Numbered from the stretch's first letter, positions 10,076 through 17,850 are shown. The stretch is 64,000 nt of DNA from an uncultured Collinsella sp. (GCA_900542275.1 UQMW01000002.1:20210-84209); one strand, 5' to 3'. Numbers and translations are program-made. Notes: generated by a model not told the origin, from the sequence alone.

Positions 10076-11035
10076 ATGTTGATGTATTTATCGCTGGCCC
10101 CTATGGAGGGCATTACCGGGCATGTGTTCCGCCGCGTGCATGCGGAGTGCTTCGGCGCGCTCGATTGTTATTACACGCCGTTTTTGCCGCCGCCGCGGGT
10201 GGGCAACCGCTTTGGCGGCAAGGCGTTTAAAGAGGTCGACCCTGCCAATAACCAGGGGCTTAACGTGGTGCCCCAGCTGATGTCCAAGAATGCGGACGAG
10301 TTTGTGTGGGCGGCGCAGGTGCTTGCCGATATGGGGTACCGCGAGGTCAACCTCAACCTTGGTTGCCCCTCGGGTACGGTTGTCGCGAAGGGTAAGGGTT
10401 CGGGCTTTCTGCGCAACCTGGATGAGCTCGAGGTGTTTTTGAGCGACGTGTGCGAACGCTCGCCCTTGCCGGTGTCGGTCAAGACCAGGCTGGGGCTCGA
10501 ATGCGACGACGAGTACGAACGCGTGCTCGACCTCTATTGCCGTATGCCGCTGACAGAGCTGATCGTGCATCCGCGCGTGCAAAAGGACCGCTATACGGGC
10601 TCGCCGCGCAAAGAGTTTTACGGCGAGACGCTGGAGCGGGCGCCGTTCCCCGTGGCCTATAACGGCGACATCTTTGATCTTGAGGACATGGATGCGCTGG
10701 TGGAAGCCTATCCCGGAACACGCCACGTAATGTTGGGGCGCGGCTTGCTTGCGAATCCCGCGCTGGCTCGCATGGTTAAGGGCGGCCCTGCCGCCACCGC
10801 CGCTGAGCTGCAACGCTTCCACGACATGTTGTTTGCGGCTTATGCGGACGAGATTGGGGGCAACGCGGTCTTTCGCATGAAAGAGTGGTGGTTCTACGCC
10901 AAATGCGCCTTCGCCGATCCCGCGACCGTTCACAAACTCGTACGCAAGACCAAAAAGGTCGATGAATACCGTGCCGCTGTCGACCGTGTCTTTCGCGAGC
11001 AGCCACTTGCGCCTATAGCCCGCTTCCACGGCTAG
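10076..11035 (+). CDS. tRNA-dihydrouridine synthase family protein
   Basis: LAPMEGITGHVFR, NLNLGCPS, VHPR...Y.G motifs of the Dus TIM-barrel flavoenzyme family. Confidence 0.8.
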   Translation: MLMYLSLAPMEGITGHVFRRVHAECFGALDCYYTPFLPPPRVGNRFGGKAFKEVDPANNQGLNVVPQLMSKNADEFVWAAQVLADMGYREVNLNLGCPSGTVVAKGKGSGFLRNLDELEVFLSDVCERSPLPVSVKTRLGLECDDEYERVLDLYCRMPLTELIVHPRVQKDRYTGSPRKEFYGETLERAPFPVAYNGDIFDLEDMDALVEAYPGTRHVMLGRGLLANPALARMVKGGPAATAAELQRFHDMLFAAYADEIGGNAVFRMKEWWFYAKCAFADPATVHKLVRKTKKVDEYRAAVDRVFREQPLAPIARFHG

Positions 11036-11044
11036 TTGATCGCT

Positions 11045-11180
11045 GGGGACGTTCTTTAAAGACTGGTCATTTAAGCGCGTCCCCAATGAGTATTCCCCCA
11101 ATGACCAGCTATAAAAAGCTGTACGTCAGCATCCAAAGATGTCGAAAAATGTCGATTTTGGATGCTGGCGTACACGTTTT
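11045..11180. repeat. composite intergenic repeat (GGGGACGTTC-box module plus CAGCATCCAAAG hairpin module)
   Basis: GGGGACGTTCTTTAAAGACTGGTCATTTAAGCGCGTCCCCAATGA... then AAAAAGCTGTACGTCAGCATCCAAAGATGTCGAAAAATGTCGATTTTGGATGCTGGCGTACACGTTTT. The same composite recurs at 15483..15607, and parts recur at 16599..16690, 26751..26848 and 40070..40137. Confidence 0.85.
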
Positions 11181-11209
11181 GCACGGCACTGCTCCTTGCG
11201 GATAACGGC

Positions 11210-12082
11210 TTAGGAGACGAGCGCTTCTATTACGCGCTCGGCACCGGAGTTGATCAGAATGCTGCGATCGGCGATTTCTGCCGGAGCGACTGCCTCGCTA
11301 AGGTTAACGCACGCGTATGTGGCGCGCTCATTTTTGGCTGTCATCTGCCAAAACGGGTACTTGATGATGGCAGGCGTGTTGCCGCCCACCCCAAGCTCAA
11401 AGAACAGAACGCGCATATTGCCGTGGCGGTGCAGAAAGTCCTGGTAGCGATCGGCGGCAGCATACCAGCCCTTATCCTGCACAAACGTATCATCGGCGCG
11501 CAGGTTCATCGTAAGCGGGGCGCCACAATGGGGGCAATGGGGCACAAGTGCAGACGGGATGCGCAGGTTCTGTTGGGCGGCGACCATATGGCGTACGAGC
11601 TCTTCGTTGTCCCAGGTTTCCTGACAGCAGGGTTTGCTGCACTGGAACAGGCCGTAGTCGCCCTGCGTGTAAAAGAGCCGTTGCTTATCAAAGCCAGCGC
11701 GCTGGAAGCAATGGTCTACGTTTGTGGTCAGCACAAAGTAGTCGTGATCGCGCAGCAGGCCCAAAAGCTGCTCATAGATCGGCTTGGGTACGGGGTCGTA
11801 TCGGTTGCACAGAATGTAGCGGCTCCAAAACGCCCAGTACTCCTCGAGCGAATCATAGGGATAGAAACCGCCGGAATACATATCGGTAAAGCCGTAGCGT
11901 GCGGCGAAGTCACCAAAGAGCTTCTTGAAACGCTCGCCCGAATAGGTGTAGCCCGCTGCGGTGGATAGTCCCGCGCCAGCGCCGATTACCACGGCGTCGG
12001 ATGCGTCGAGTGCGGCTCGGAGCTTATCGATTTGTTTGGAGAAGGTTGCAGTAGATTGCCTCGTCAGACGCGAGAAATACAT
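11210..12082 (-). CDS. SIR2-family protein, SirTM-like (macrodomain-linked sirtuin)
   Basis: VVIGAGAGLSTAAG NAD-binding motif, TTNVDH, QGDYG, Zn-ribbon cysteines CSKPCC...CPHCG. Overlaps the upstream macrodomain gene by 59 nt. Confidence 0.8.
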   Translation of the reverse strand: MYFSRLTRQSTATFSKQIDKLRAALDASDAVVIGAGAGLSTAAGYTYSGERFKKLFGDFAARYGFTDMYSGGFYPYDSLEEYWAFWSRYILCNRYDPVPKPIYEQLLGLLRDHDYFVLTTNVDHCFQRAGFDKQRLFYTQGDYGLFQCSKPCCQETWDNEELVRHMVAAQQNLRIPSALVPHCPHCGAPLTMNLRADDTFVQDKGWYAAADRYQDFLHRHGNMRVLFFELGVGGNTPAIIKYPFWQMTAKNERATYACVNLSEAVAPAEIADRSILINSGAERVIEALVS

Positions 12083-12809
12083 TGAAGATCACCTTAAGGT
12101 CGGGGTCGTTATGGTCCAGATGATGACGAACGGCATCGATGGCGACGCGCGCGGCAGCCTCTTGCGGATAGCCAAAGACGCCAGTAGAGATGCAGCAGAA
12201 CGCGAGAGTACCGAGTCCCTGGTGTGTCGCCTCTTTCAAGCAGCTGGTGTAGCAGCGGCGTAGGAGCAATTCTTCGCGAGGGCCAGGCTTATGGCCAGGC
12301 ACGATAGGGCCAACGGTGTGGAAAACGTAGTTGCTGGGCAGGTTGAACGCCGGCGTAACCTTGACGTGTGCCGTCGGCTCCTCATGTCCTTGCTTGCACA
12401 TGAGGCCGGCGCACGCTAGGCGCAGCTGCATTCCGGCGTAGGTGTGGATGGCGTTGTCAATGCAGCGATGCCCTGGCACAAAACAGCCGAGCATTTGGCT
12501 GTTGGCGGCATTGACGATGGCGTCGGCCTTAAGTAGCGTAATGTCGCCGCGCCAAATGGCAACGCGATTGCGATAGGGGAGTGTGCCGGCATCGGTCGCC
12601 CCGCCGCGCTCAAGAAGGCACTGCTGCAAGTAAGCGTCTTGAATGTTGAGCTTCTCGTCCGCAAGCGCCTCGGGTGGACGTACGTTCATAAGGGCTCTGA
12701 GCAAATCGCGTTGTTCGCTGGCTCCGGCAGGAACAGCAATGGTGCGCCCGTCTTGCCGCTCATCGAGCAATGCTCTGATAAGCCAAATGCGGCGCTCTGC
12801 CTGATTCAT
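12024..12809 (-). CDS. macrodomain protein-ADP-ribose hydrolase
   Basis: GDITLLKADAIVNAANSQMLGC and CCISTGVFGYP macro-domain motifs with an N-terminal helical extension. Confidence 0.8.
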   Translation of the reverse strand: MNQAERRIWLIRALLDERQDGRTIAVPAGASEQRDLLRALMNVRPPEALADEKLNIQDAYLQQCLLERGGATDAGTLPYRNRVAIWRGDITLLKADAIVNAANSQMLGCFVPGHRCIDNAIHTYAGMQLRLACAGLMCKQGHEEPTAHVKVTPAFNLPSNYVFHTVGPIVPGHKPGPREELLLRRCYTSCLKEATHQGLGTLAFCCISTGVFGYPQEAAARVAIDAVRHHLDHNDPDLKVIFNVFLASDEAIYCNLLQTNR

Positions 12810-12950
12810 AGCCGACCTCCTGTTCGATCGAGATGGTTTCGCTCGACAGTAGTGTGCGGCCTAGCTCGTTGCTTCAAAAGAGGGCACAAAAAGGTAAGCG
12901 CCGTGGAGCGGTATGCCCCGCGGCGCTCAATTTGCAGAAGCCCGCCGCTG

Positions 12951-13283
12951 CTAGGAGTTTCGTACGAGCTGCTGATAATCGGTGCCCCATTCCACCAGGG
13001 AATCGATGATGGGCATAAGGCTTTGACCGAGCTCGCTAAGCGCGTATTCGGTACGGATGGGCGTTTCGGGAATGACGGTGCGCGTGATAAGCCCCGCGGC
13101 ATCCATTTCCTTTAGGTTTGACGAGAGCACCTTTTGGCTGATGCCGGGAATAGCGCGGTGTAGCGCATTGAAGCCCAACGGCTGCTCAACGAGCTGCTGG
13201 ATGATATAGATCTTCCATTTGTTGCCAAAGAGCTGAAAGCACGTGGCGACGGGGCAGAGAGGCAGTTCTTCTTTGGTGAGCAT
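12951..13283 (-). CDS. HxlR-family transcriptional regulator
   Basis: CPVATCFQLFGNKWKIYIIQQL...LSSNLKEMDAAGLITR winged-helix typical of HxlR/MarR-like regulators. Divergent from the Cys-rich peptide gene. Confidence 0.85.
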   Translation of the reverse strand: MLTKEELPLCPVATCFQLFGNKWKIYIIQQLVEQPLGFNALHRAIPGISQKVLSSNLKEMDAAGLITRTVIPETPIRTEYALSELGQSLMPIIDSLVEWGTDYQQLVRNS

Positions 13284-13482
13284 AGCAACCTCGCAATCAG
13301 GTAAGTTGCTTACATTATTGCAGCCGCTGTTACTCGCGACTACTACTTACCTTTTGGTAACTGGCTAATAGATTAGTGCCTTCTTTTGGGTGGTCCGCTT
13401 TCCTCGCATGATGCATATAGACGCAAAGAGCGTCAAAAACCGGATGGCTTCGACTGGCCGTCCTCGATTGAAAGGAAATGCC

Positions 13483-13728
13483 ATGTCCGAGAATCTTGAG
13501 AACGTCGCCGCTTTCGCCTCCTGCGGTACTGCCGACCCTGCGCCCGCTTGCGGCTCCACCGATCCCAAGGCGGCCCTTGCTTGCGGTGCTGCCTGCGGCT
13601 CTGCCGACCCGGCTGTCGCTCCCGCCTGCGGCTCCGCTGATCCCGCGGCCGCTCCTGCCTGCGGCTCTGCCGACCCAAAGGCTGCTCCGGTCTGTGGCTC
13701 CGCTTGCGGCGCTGCTGACGCTCAGTAA
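13483..13728 (+). CDS. Cys-rich ACGX/CX3D-repeat peptide (candidate RiPP precursor, 81 aa)
   Basis: ATG 13483 behind AAAGGA gives MSENLENVAAFASCGTADPAPACGSTDPKAALACGAACGSADPAVAPACGSADPAAAPACGSADPKAAPVCGSACGAADAQ. It has 8 Cys-Gly, six of them C-G-x-x-D, with 11-aa periodicity. The track ORF 13390..13728 has a longer, unlikely N-terminus. Confidence 0.7.
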   Translation: MSENLENVAAFASCGTADPAPACGSTDPKAALACGAACGSADPAVAPACGSADPAAAPACGSADPKAAPVCGSACGAADAQ

Positions 13729-13752
13729 GTAATTGCTAGGAAGGGACTCGTA

Positions 13753-14373
13753 ATGGATGCTCAGACTTGCCTCAAAAAGATGCAGCTTGCCGGGACGCTC
13801 CCGCTGGCAACTGTGGACGAAAGTGGCGCGCCGCAAATTCGCTGCGTGAGCGCTGTTCATTACGAGCCCCGTGCTATCTACTTTCTTACGGCGCGTGGCA
13901 AAGAGATGGCCCGTCAGCTTATGGCAGACGGGCGTGTCCAAACGCTTGTCCACACGCGGTTTAACGAGATGATCCGCATGTCCGGCGTTGCCACTCCCGT
14001 CTCGGAGTCCGGGCAAGTTCACTGGCGCGACGTGATTTACGCCGAGCAGCCGTATCTTGCCAACGTGTATCCCGGTGATACGCGCGAGATCAACATCATT
14101 TTTAAGGTTGAGAACATAGTGCTCGACTACTTTAACTTGGGAGTTCATCCTATCGAGCGCGCGGTTTTTACCCTAGACGAAGGCACGGCGCCTGCGCCTG
14201 TTAAGGGCTTCCGCATCGATACCGATGCGTGTATCGGTTGCGGTACCTGCCTCGAACGCTGTCCACAGAAGTGCATCGAGCCGGGGGACTCGTATCGCAT
14301 TGAGCCTGAGCACTGCCTGCATTGTGGTGCCTGTGCGGAAAATTGCCCCGTCTGCGCCGTTGAACGTCTGTAG
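13753..14373 (+). CDS. pyridoxamine 5'-phosphate oxidase-like FMN-binding domain fused to 2x[4Fe-4S] ferredoxin
   Basis: N-terminal split-barrel-like region (LATVDESGAPQIRCVSAVHYEPRAIYFLTARGKEMARQL). C-terminal CIGCGTCLERCP and CLHCGACAENCP. Confidence 0.75.
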   Translation: MDAQTCLKKMQLAGTLPLATVDESGAPQIRCVSAVHYEPRAIYFLTARGKEMARQLMADGRVQTLVHTRFNEMIRMSGVATPVSESGQVHWRDVIYAEQPYLANVYPGDTREINIIFKVENIVLDYFNLGVHPIERAVFTLDEGTAPAPVKGFRIDTDACIGCGTCLERCPQKCIEPGDSYRIEPEHCLHCGACAENCPVCAVERL

Positions 14374-14420
14374 CCCAAATGTCGTCATCAGTTTTAACAT
14401 CGACCAAGGGGAGTCCCACG

Positions 14421-15467
14421 ATGCAAAAATCTGCGTTTGCCTTCCAATGGCATATTACGGATGAATGCGACCAGCGCTGCAAACATTGTTATATCTTCGC
14501 CAACGGTGCCTGTGCTGGTTTTAAGCGCATGCCGTGGGAGCAGATGGTCGAGATCGTCGATCAAGCCCAGGCGCTCTGCGACCTCATCGGTCGCCAACCG
14601 TACTTTTACGTTACGGGCGGTGACCCCATTCTCCATCCCGATTTTTGGCGCCTTGCCGAGCTCTTGCACGAGCGGGGTTTTATGTGGTGCGTGATGGGCA
14701 ATCCGTTCCATCTAACCGATGAGGCCTGTGTCCGCATGAAAGAGTTGGGGTGCCGCAAATACCAGCTCTCGCTCGATGGGCTCGAGAAGACGCACGATTA
14801 CTTCCGCAAGCCCGGCTCGTTTGACGAGACGTTGCGTGCGATTGGATGCCTTAAGCGTGCAAGTATTTGGGTCGCCATTATGAATACGGTTTCGAGCATG
14901 AATGCCGCCGAGCTGCCGCAGCTTATTGACCTGGTGGCAAGCCTCGAGGTTGATGTATTCGCCTTTGGGCGATACTGCCCCACCTCGGGCCAAAAGCGCG
15001 TTGAGTTCCATCTGGAGCCGCTGGAATATCGCGACGTGCTGCTGGCCGCGCAAGAGCGCATGGAGTTTCACCAGGCTGCGGGCTGCAAAACGTTCTTCCA
15101 GCTCAAAGATCACCTGTGGACGCTTCTTTTGTGGGAGCAGGGTAAGTTCACCATCCCTGCGAACGCCAAGCCCGGCATGATCTACGACGGCTGCCACTGC
15201 GGTACGGGCCATATGACGGTGCTGCCTACGGGCGATGTCTACGCGTGTCGCCGCATGGAGAGCAAGGTGGGCAACGTCGCTGAGAACTCGCTCGAGGATC
15301 TTTTCTTTTCACCGCAGATGGAAGCAAAGCGTGACTTTAGGAAGTTCAAGAAGTGCTCCAAATGCGAGCTTTTTGGCTGGTGCCGTGGCTGCCCCGCTGT
15401 GACGTATGGCTACACGGGTGATATGTACGACGCCGATCCACAGTGCTGGAAAGAGATTGAGGAATAG
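14421..15467 (+). CDS. radical SAM/SPASM domain peptide maturase
   Basis: HITDECDQRCKHCY (CX3CX2C); C-terminal SPASM cysteines CHCGTGHMTVLPTGDVYAC and CSKCELFGWCRGCP. ATG 14421 behind AAGGGGAG is preferred over 14379. Confidence 0.85.
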   Translation: MQKSAFAFQWHITDECDQRCKHCYIFANGACAGFKRMPWEQMVEIVDQAQALCDLIGRQPYFYVTGGDPILHPDFWRLAELLHERGFMWCVMGNPFHLTDEACVRMKELGCRKYQLSLDGLEKTHDYFRKPGSFDETLRAIGCLKRASIWVAIMNTVSSMNAAELPQLIDLVASLEVDVFAFGRYCPTSGQKRVEFHLEPLEYRDVLLAAQERMEFHQAAGCKTFFQLKDHLWTLLLWEQGKFTIPANAKPGMIYDGCHCGTGHMTVLPTGDVYACRRMESKVGNVAENSLEDLFFSPQMEAKRDFRKFKKCSKCELFGWCRGCPAVTYGYTGDMYDADPQCWKEIEE

Positions 15468-15482
15468 GGCCACCGTGTCATC

Positions 15483-15607
15483 GGGGACGTTCTTTAACGA
15501 CTAGTCATGTAAGGACGTCCCCGATGACTACCTGCAAAAAAGCTGTACGCCAGCATCCAAAGATGTCGAAAATGGTCGACTTTGGATGCTGGCGTACATG
15601 TTTGGGT
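15483..15607. repeat. composite intergenic repeat (same family as 11045..11180)
   Basis: GGGGACGTTCTTTAACGACTAGTCATGTAAGGACGTCCCCGATGACTA then AAAAAAGCTGTACGCCAGCATCCAAAGATGTCGAAAATGGTCGACTTTGGATGCTGGCGTACATGTTTGGGT. Confidence 0.85.
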
Positions 15608-15625
15608 TCGGCGGGGGAGCGGTGC

Positions 15626-15892
15626 CTAGGCAATCATTGCATCAAGTGTTATGAGTTCCCTGAGCCGTTCCGTGCGCGTTTGCCCATGGCGTTTGGCTTT
15701 TTCGTCAAACGCCTCAAGAACCGATTCGCCCACACGTGCCGATAAAACAACGCTTGGCTCATCAGAGATCGGTGGCCTTCCCAGCTTAACGGTGCGGCCT
15801 TTCGGCCATTCATCTTTTTCGTAAGCTTCCGCGGCTTTCTCTAACTCTCCAGGGGCAAATCCCATCATTTTTTCAAGCTGCTCAGCATTCAT
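15626..15892 (-). CDS. ribbon-helix-helix (CopG/BrnA-like) antitoxin-type protein
   Basis: ATG 15892 behind AGGAGG gives MNAEQLEKMMGFAPGELEK...GRPPISDEPSVVLSARVGESVLEAFDEKAKRHGQTRTERLRELI. The pattern of a GRPP linker followed by an RHH strand-helix is typical of type II antitoxins. No intact partner toxin was seen. Confidence 0.5.
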   Translation of the reverse strand: MNAEQLEKMMGFAPGELEKAAEAYEKDEWPKGRTVKLGRPPISDEPSVVLSARVGESVLEAFDEKAKRHGQTRTERLRELITLDAMIA

Positions 15893-16297
15893 AGCGCCTC
15901 CTGTCGATCGACATAATGTCGAGCGCTGGTTCTCGGATTCCCTTTTTTGTATACAGTTTTGTAGACAAAAACACAAGCAGCTTATCAGGCTAATTAGCTT
16001 ATTTTGAACCGCCTGCTCGATAGGAAATGAGCATTGACGGCTTCGATACTCCTTTGCTTTTCAGCTTGGAATTTGGATGCTCGTTGAACTTCCGGAGGGG
16101 AGCGTTTTATTAAACTATCGAGATTCTGGGCAGGAGCTCTCACCGGTCTTCGATAGTGGGACCAGCTTAATTTGCGACACAGTGTGTCACGAATTGGAGT
16201 AGTCGTTGGGTGTCCTTCAATGGCTAGTCATACAAGAACGTCCAAGTGCCGGATTTTGTCATTTAGAGTCGTCCCTAACGACTATTCTGGAGGGTCG

Positions 16298-16525
16298 TGG
16301 TCAAAAAAGGGCAAATATGAGTACTGTTGCCATTATGGTTGCATTAATTTTGCTATAAAAAGTAGCTCCTGATGAGATTTGTTCCCATTAGGAGCAACTT
16401 TTATTGAACATATGAGGAGAAATAGCGTCATCTGCGGGCGCATGGGACGTTGAATAGTTCCTGAAATGATCAAAATTGCTGCTACTAAACAGGTAGCAGT
16501 ACTCATATTTGCCCTTTTTTGACCA
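16298..16525. repeat. 29-bp perfect inverted repeat pair flanking a 170-bp AT-rich core
   Basis: TGGTCAAAAAAGGGCAAATATGAGTACTG at 16298..16326 and its exact reverse complement at 16497..16525. Arm similarity continues imperfectly inward for about 27 nt. Confidence 0.9.
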
Positions 16526-16598
16526 TAGCTCCCTCGGAAACTCTTTCCCGAGGCATCAAACAGCCATAATCCAAAGGTCGCCTCAAACAATTAGCCGG

Positions 16599-16690
16599 TT
16601 AAGAGCGTCCATGGCTACCCAAAAGCTGTACGTCAGCATCCAAAGATGTCGAAAAATGTCGACTTTGGATGCTGGCGTACATGTTTGGGT
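16599..16690. repeat. partial composite intergenic repeat (hairpin module complete)
   Basis: TTAAGAGCGTCCATGGCTACCC then AAAAGCTGTACGTCAGCATCCAAAGATGTCGAAAAATGTCGACTTTGGATGCTGGCGTACATGTTTGGGT. Confidence 0.8.
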
Positions 16691-16725
16691 CGTATGGATT
16701 AGGGCGGGCCGACCGCAATAACACG

Positions 16726-16971
16726 CTAGAGCAGGTTCTTCTGTATCCATGCGATGATGTCACTCGATTCGTAGAGTGGCTTGCCGTCGATGAACAGGCA
16801 GGGAACCTGGCGTTTTCCGCCGACGGCGATGAGCGTCTGCTCGGCCTCGGTATCGGTCGAGATATTGCGCTCGGGGATGGTCACACCGTTATCGGCAAGG
16901 AATCGCTTGACTTTTATGCAATACGGGCAGCCGGTCATAACGTACAGCGTGAGCTCATGATTAGTAGCCAT
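16726..16971 (-). CDS. glutaredoxin-like protein
   Basis: LTLYVMTGCPYCIKVKRFL...GKRQVPCLFIDGKPL (CPYC active site, glutaredoxin fold). Start at the MATNHE Met. Confidence 0.8.
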   Translation of the reverse strand: MATNHELTLYVMTGCPYCIKVKRFLADNGVTIPERNISTDTEAEQTLIAVGGKRQVPCLFIDGKPLYESSDIIAWIQKNLL

Positions 16972-17022
16972 GGGTCTCCAATCGGTTGAGGTTTCGATTG
17001 AAATACCCAAAGCCGCCGCGGT

Positions 17023-17850
17023 CTATGCGCGAGCCGACGACAACTCGATTGCCTGAACCAGAAACGTCGTGGCTCCGGTGCCGCAGGGCTTGTCGTAGTA
17101 GTCAACAAAGCGCTGATCGGCAAGATAGCCGTGGGCGAGGCCCAGGTATGCTTCGTCTTGGGGCTCGTGTCCCCAGTTAAGGGCAATCCATCGACGGTGC
17201 ATTGCGACAAGTTTGTGGGCCTCGTTGCTCTCTGGGTCGCCAATGCCCATGGCAATCGAGAGTTGACCCAGAATAGCGCGTTCAAGTTCCTTCATGTCGT
17301 TCCATGTCTCGGGGTCCATATCCAGCAGTGCTTCATTTGCTGCATCGATAGCCTCATCGCCATAGCGCGCCCGCGCTTCGGCGCCGTAGCGCTCCTCGTT
17401 TTCCTGCACGGTGCGCCAGCGCTCCAGTTGCGGCAGGACGGCGCCCATGAGCGAGACGGCTTCGTCGAGCGACATGCCGGTGTTTTGCGCCAGCCGCGGG
17501 GCGCAATCCTCGATCATCGCCTCCATGGTGGTGTCGTAGGTGTACTTGCCGTGGTCGTAGCACCACTTGCAGTAATGGTCGGTCGTGGCGCCCGTGGCAT
17601 CGGTGCCGCAGTCGTCGGGCGTGAGCACCATGCCGCAGCTCTGACAATAGTGCTCGGGCATTTCGAGCAGGTGGGACAGAGGCTCGCCGGTCACGGCGGC
17701 GATGAGCTTCATCATGTCGATACCCGGGGTGACTTCGCCGCGCTCCCAACGGCTGACGGCTTGGCGTGTGACGAAGAGCTTGGCGGCGAGCTGCTCCTGA
17801 GTAAGGTGATGGGCACGACGGACAGCAATGAGCTTTTCTGCGAAGGCCAT
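17023..17850 (-). CDS. XRE-family HTH regulator with zinc ribbon and TipAS-like effector domain
   Basis: N-terminal LTQEQLAAKLFVTRQAVSRWERGE; CQSCG...CKWC zinc ribbon; C-terminal TipAS-like region (HRRWIALNWG...YLADQRFVDYYD). Confidence 0.75.
   Translation of the reverse strand: MAFAEKLIAVRRAHHLTQEQLAAKLFVTRQAVSRWERGEVTPGIDMMKLIAAVTGEPLSHLLEMPEHYCQSCGMVLTPDDCGTDATGATTDHYCKWCYDHGKYTYDTTMEAMIEDCAPRLAQNTGMSLDEAVSLMGAVLPQLERWRTVQENEERYGAEARARYGDEAIDAANEALLDMDPETWNDMKELERAILGQLSIAMGIGDPESNEAHKLVAMHRRWIALNWGHEPQDEAYLGLAHGYLADQRFVDYYDKPCGTGATTFLVQAIELSSARA

Noticed and set aside
13560-13705. Regularly spaced 33-nt repeats that could be mistaken for a CRISPR-like or satellite array
   Set aside because: The repeats are contiguous with no unique spacers. 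They are in frame and encode the ACGSADPxxAP units of the peptide.
15893-16110. Possible BrnT-like toxin gene upstream of the RHH antitoxin-like gene
   Set aside because: Minus-strand translation gives only short fragments (for example FNEHPNSKLKSKGVSKPS) interrupted by stops and frameshifts. The similarity to BrnT is too weak to call even a pseudogene.
16369-16376. CTGATGAG, the hammerhead-ribozyme core box, inside the inverted-repeat core
   Set aside because: I found no appropriately placed GAAA box and no three-helix junction around it. The local GCTCCT...AGGAGC hairpin alone does not make a hammerhead.
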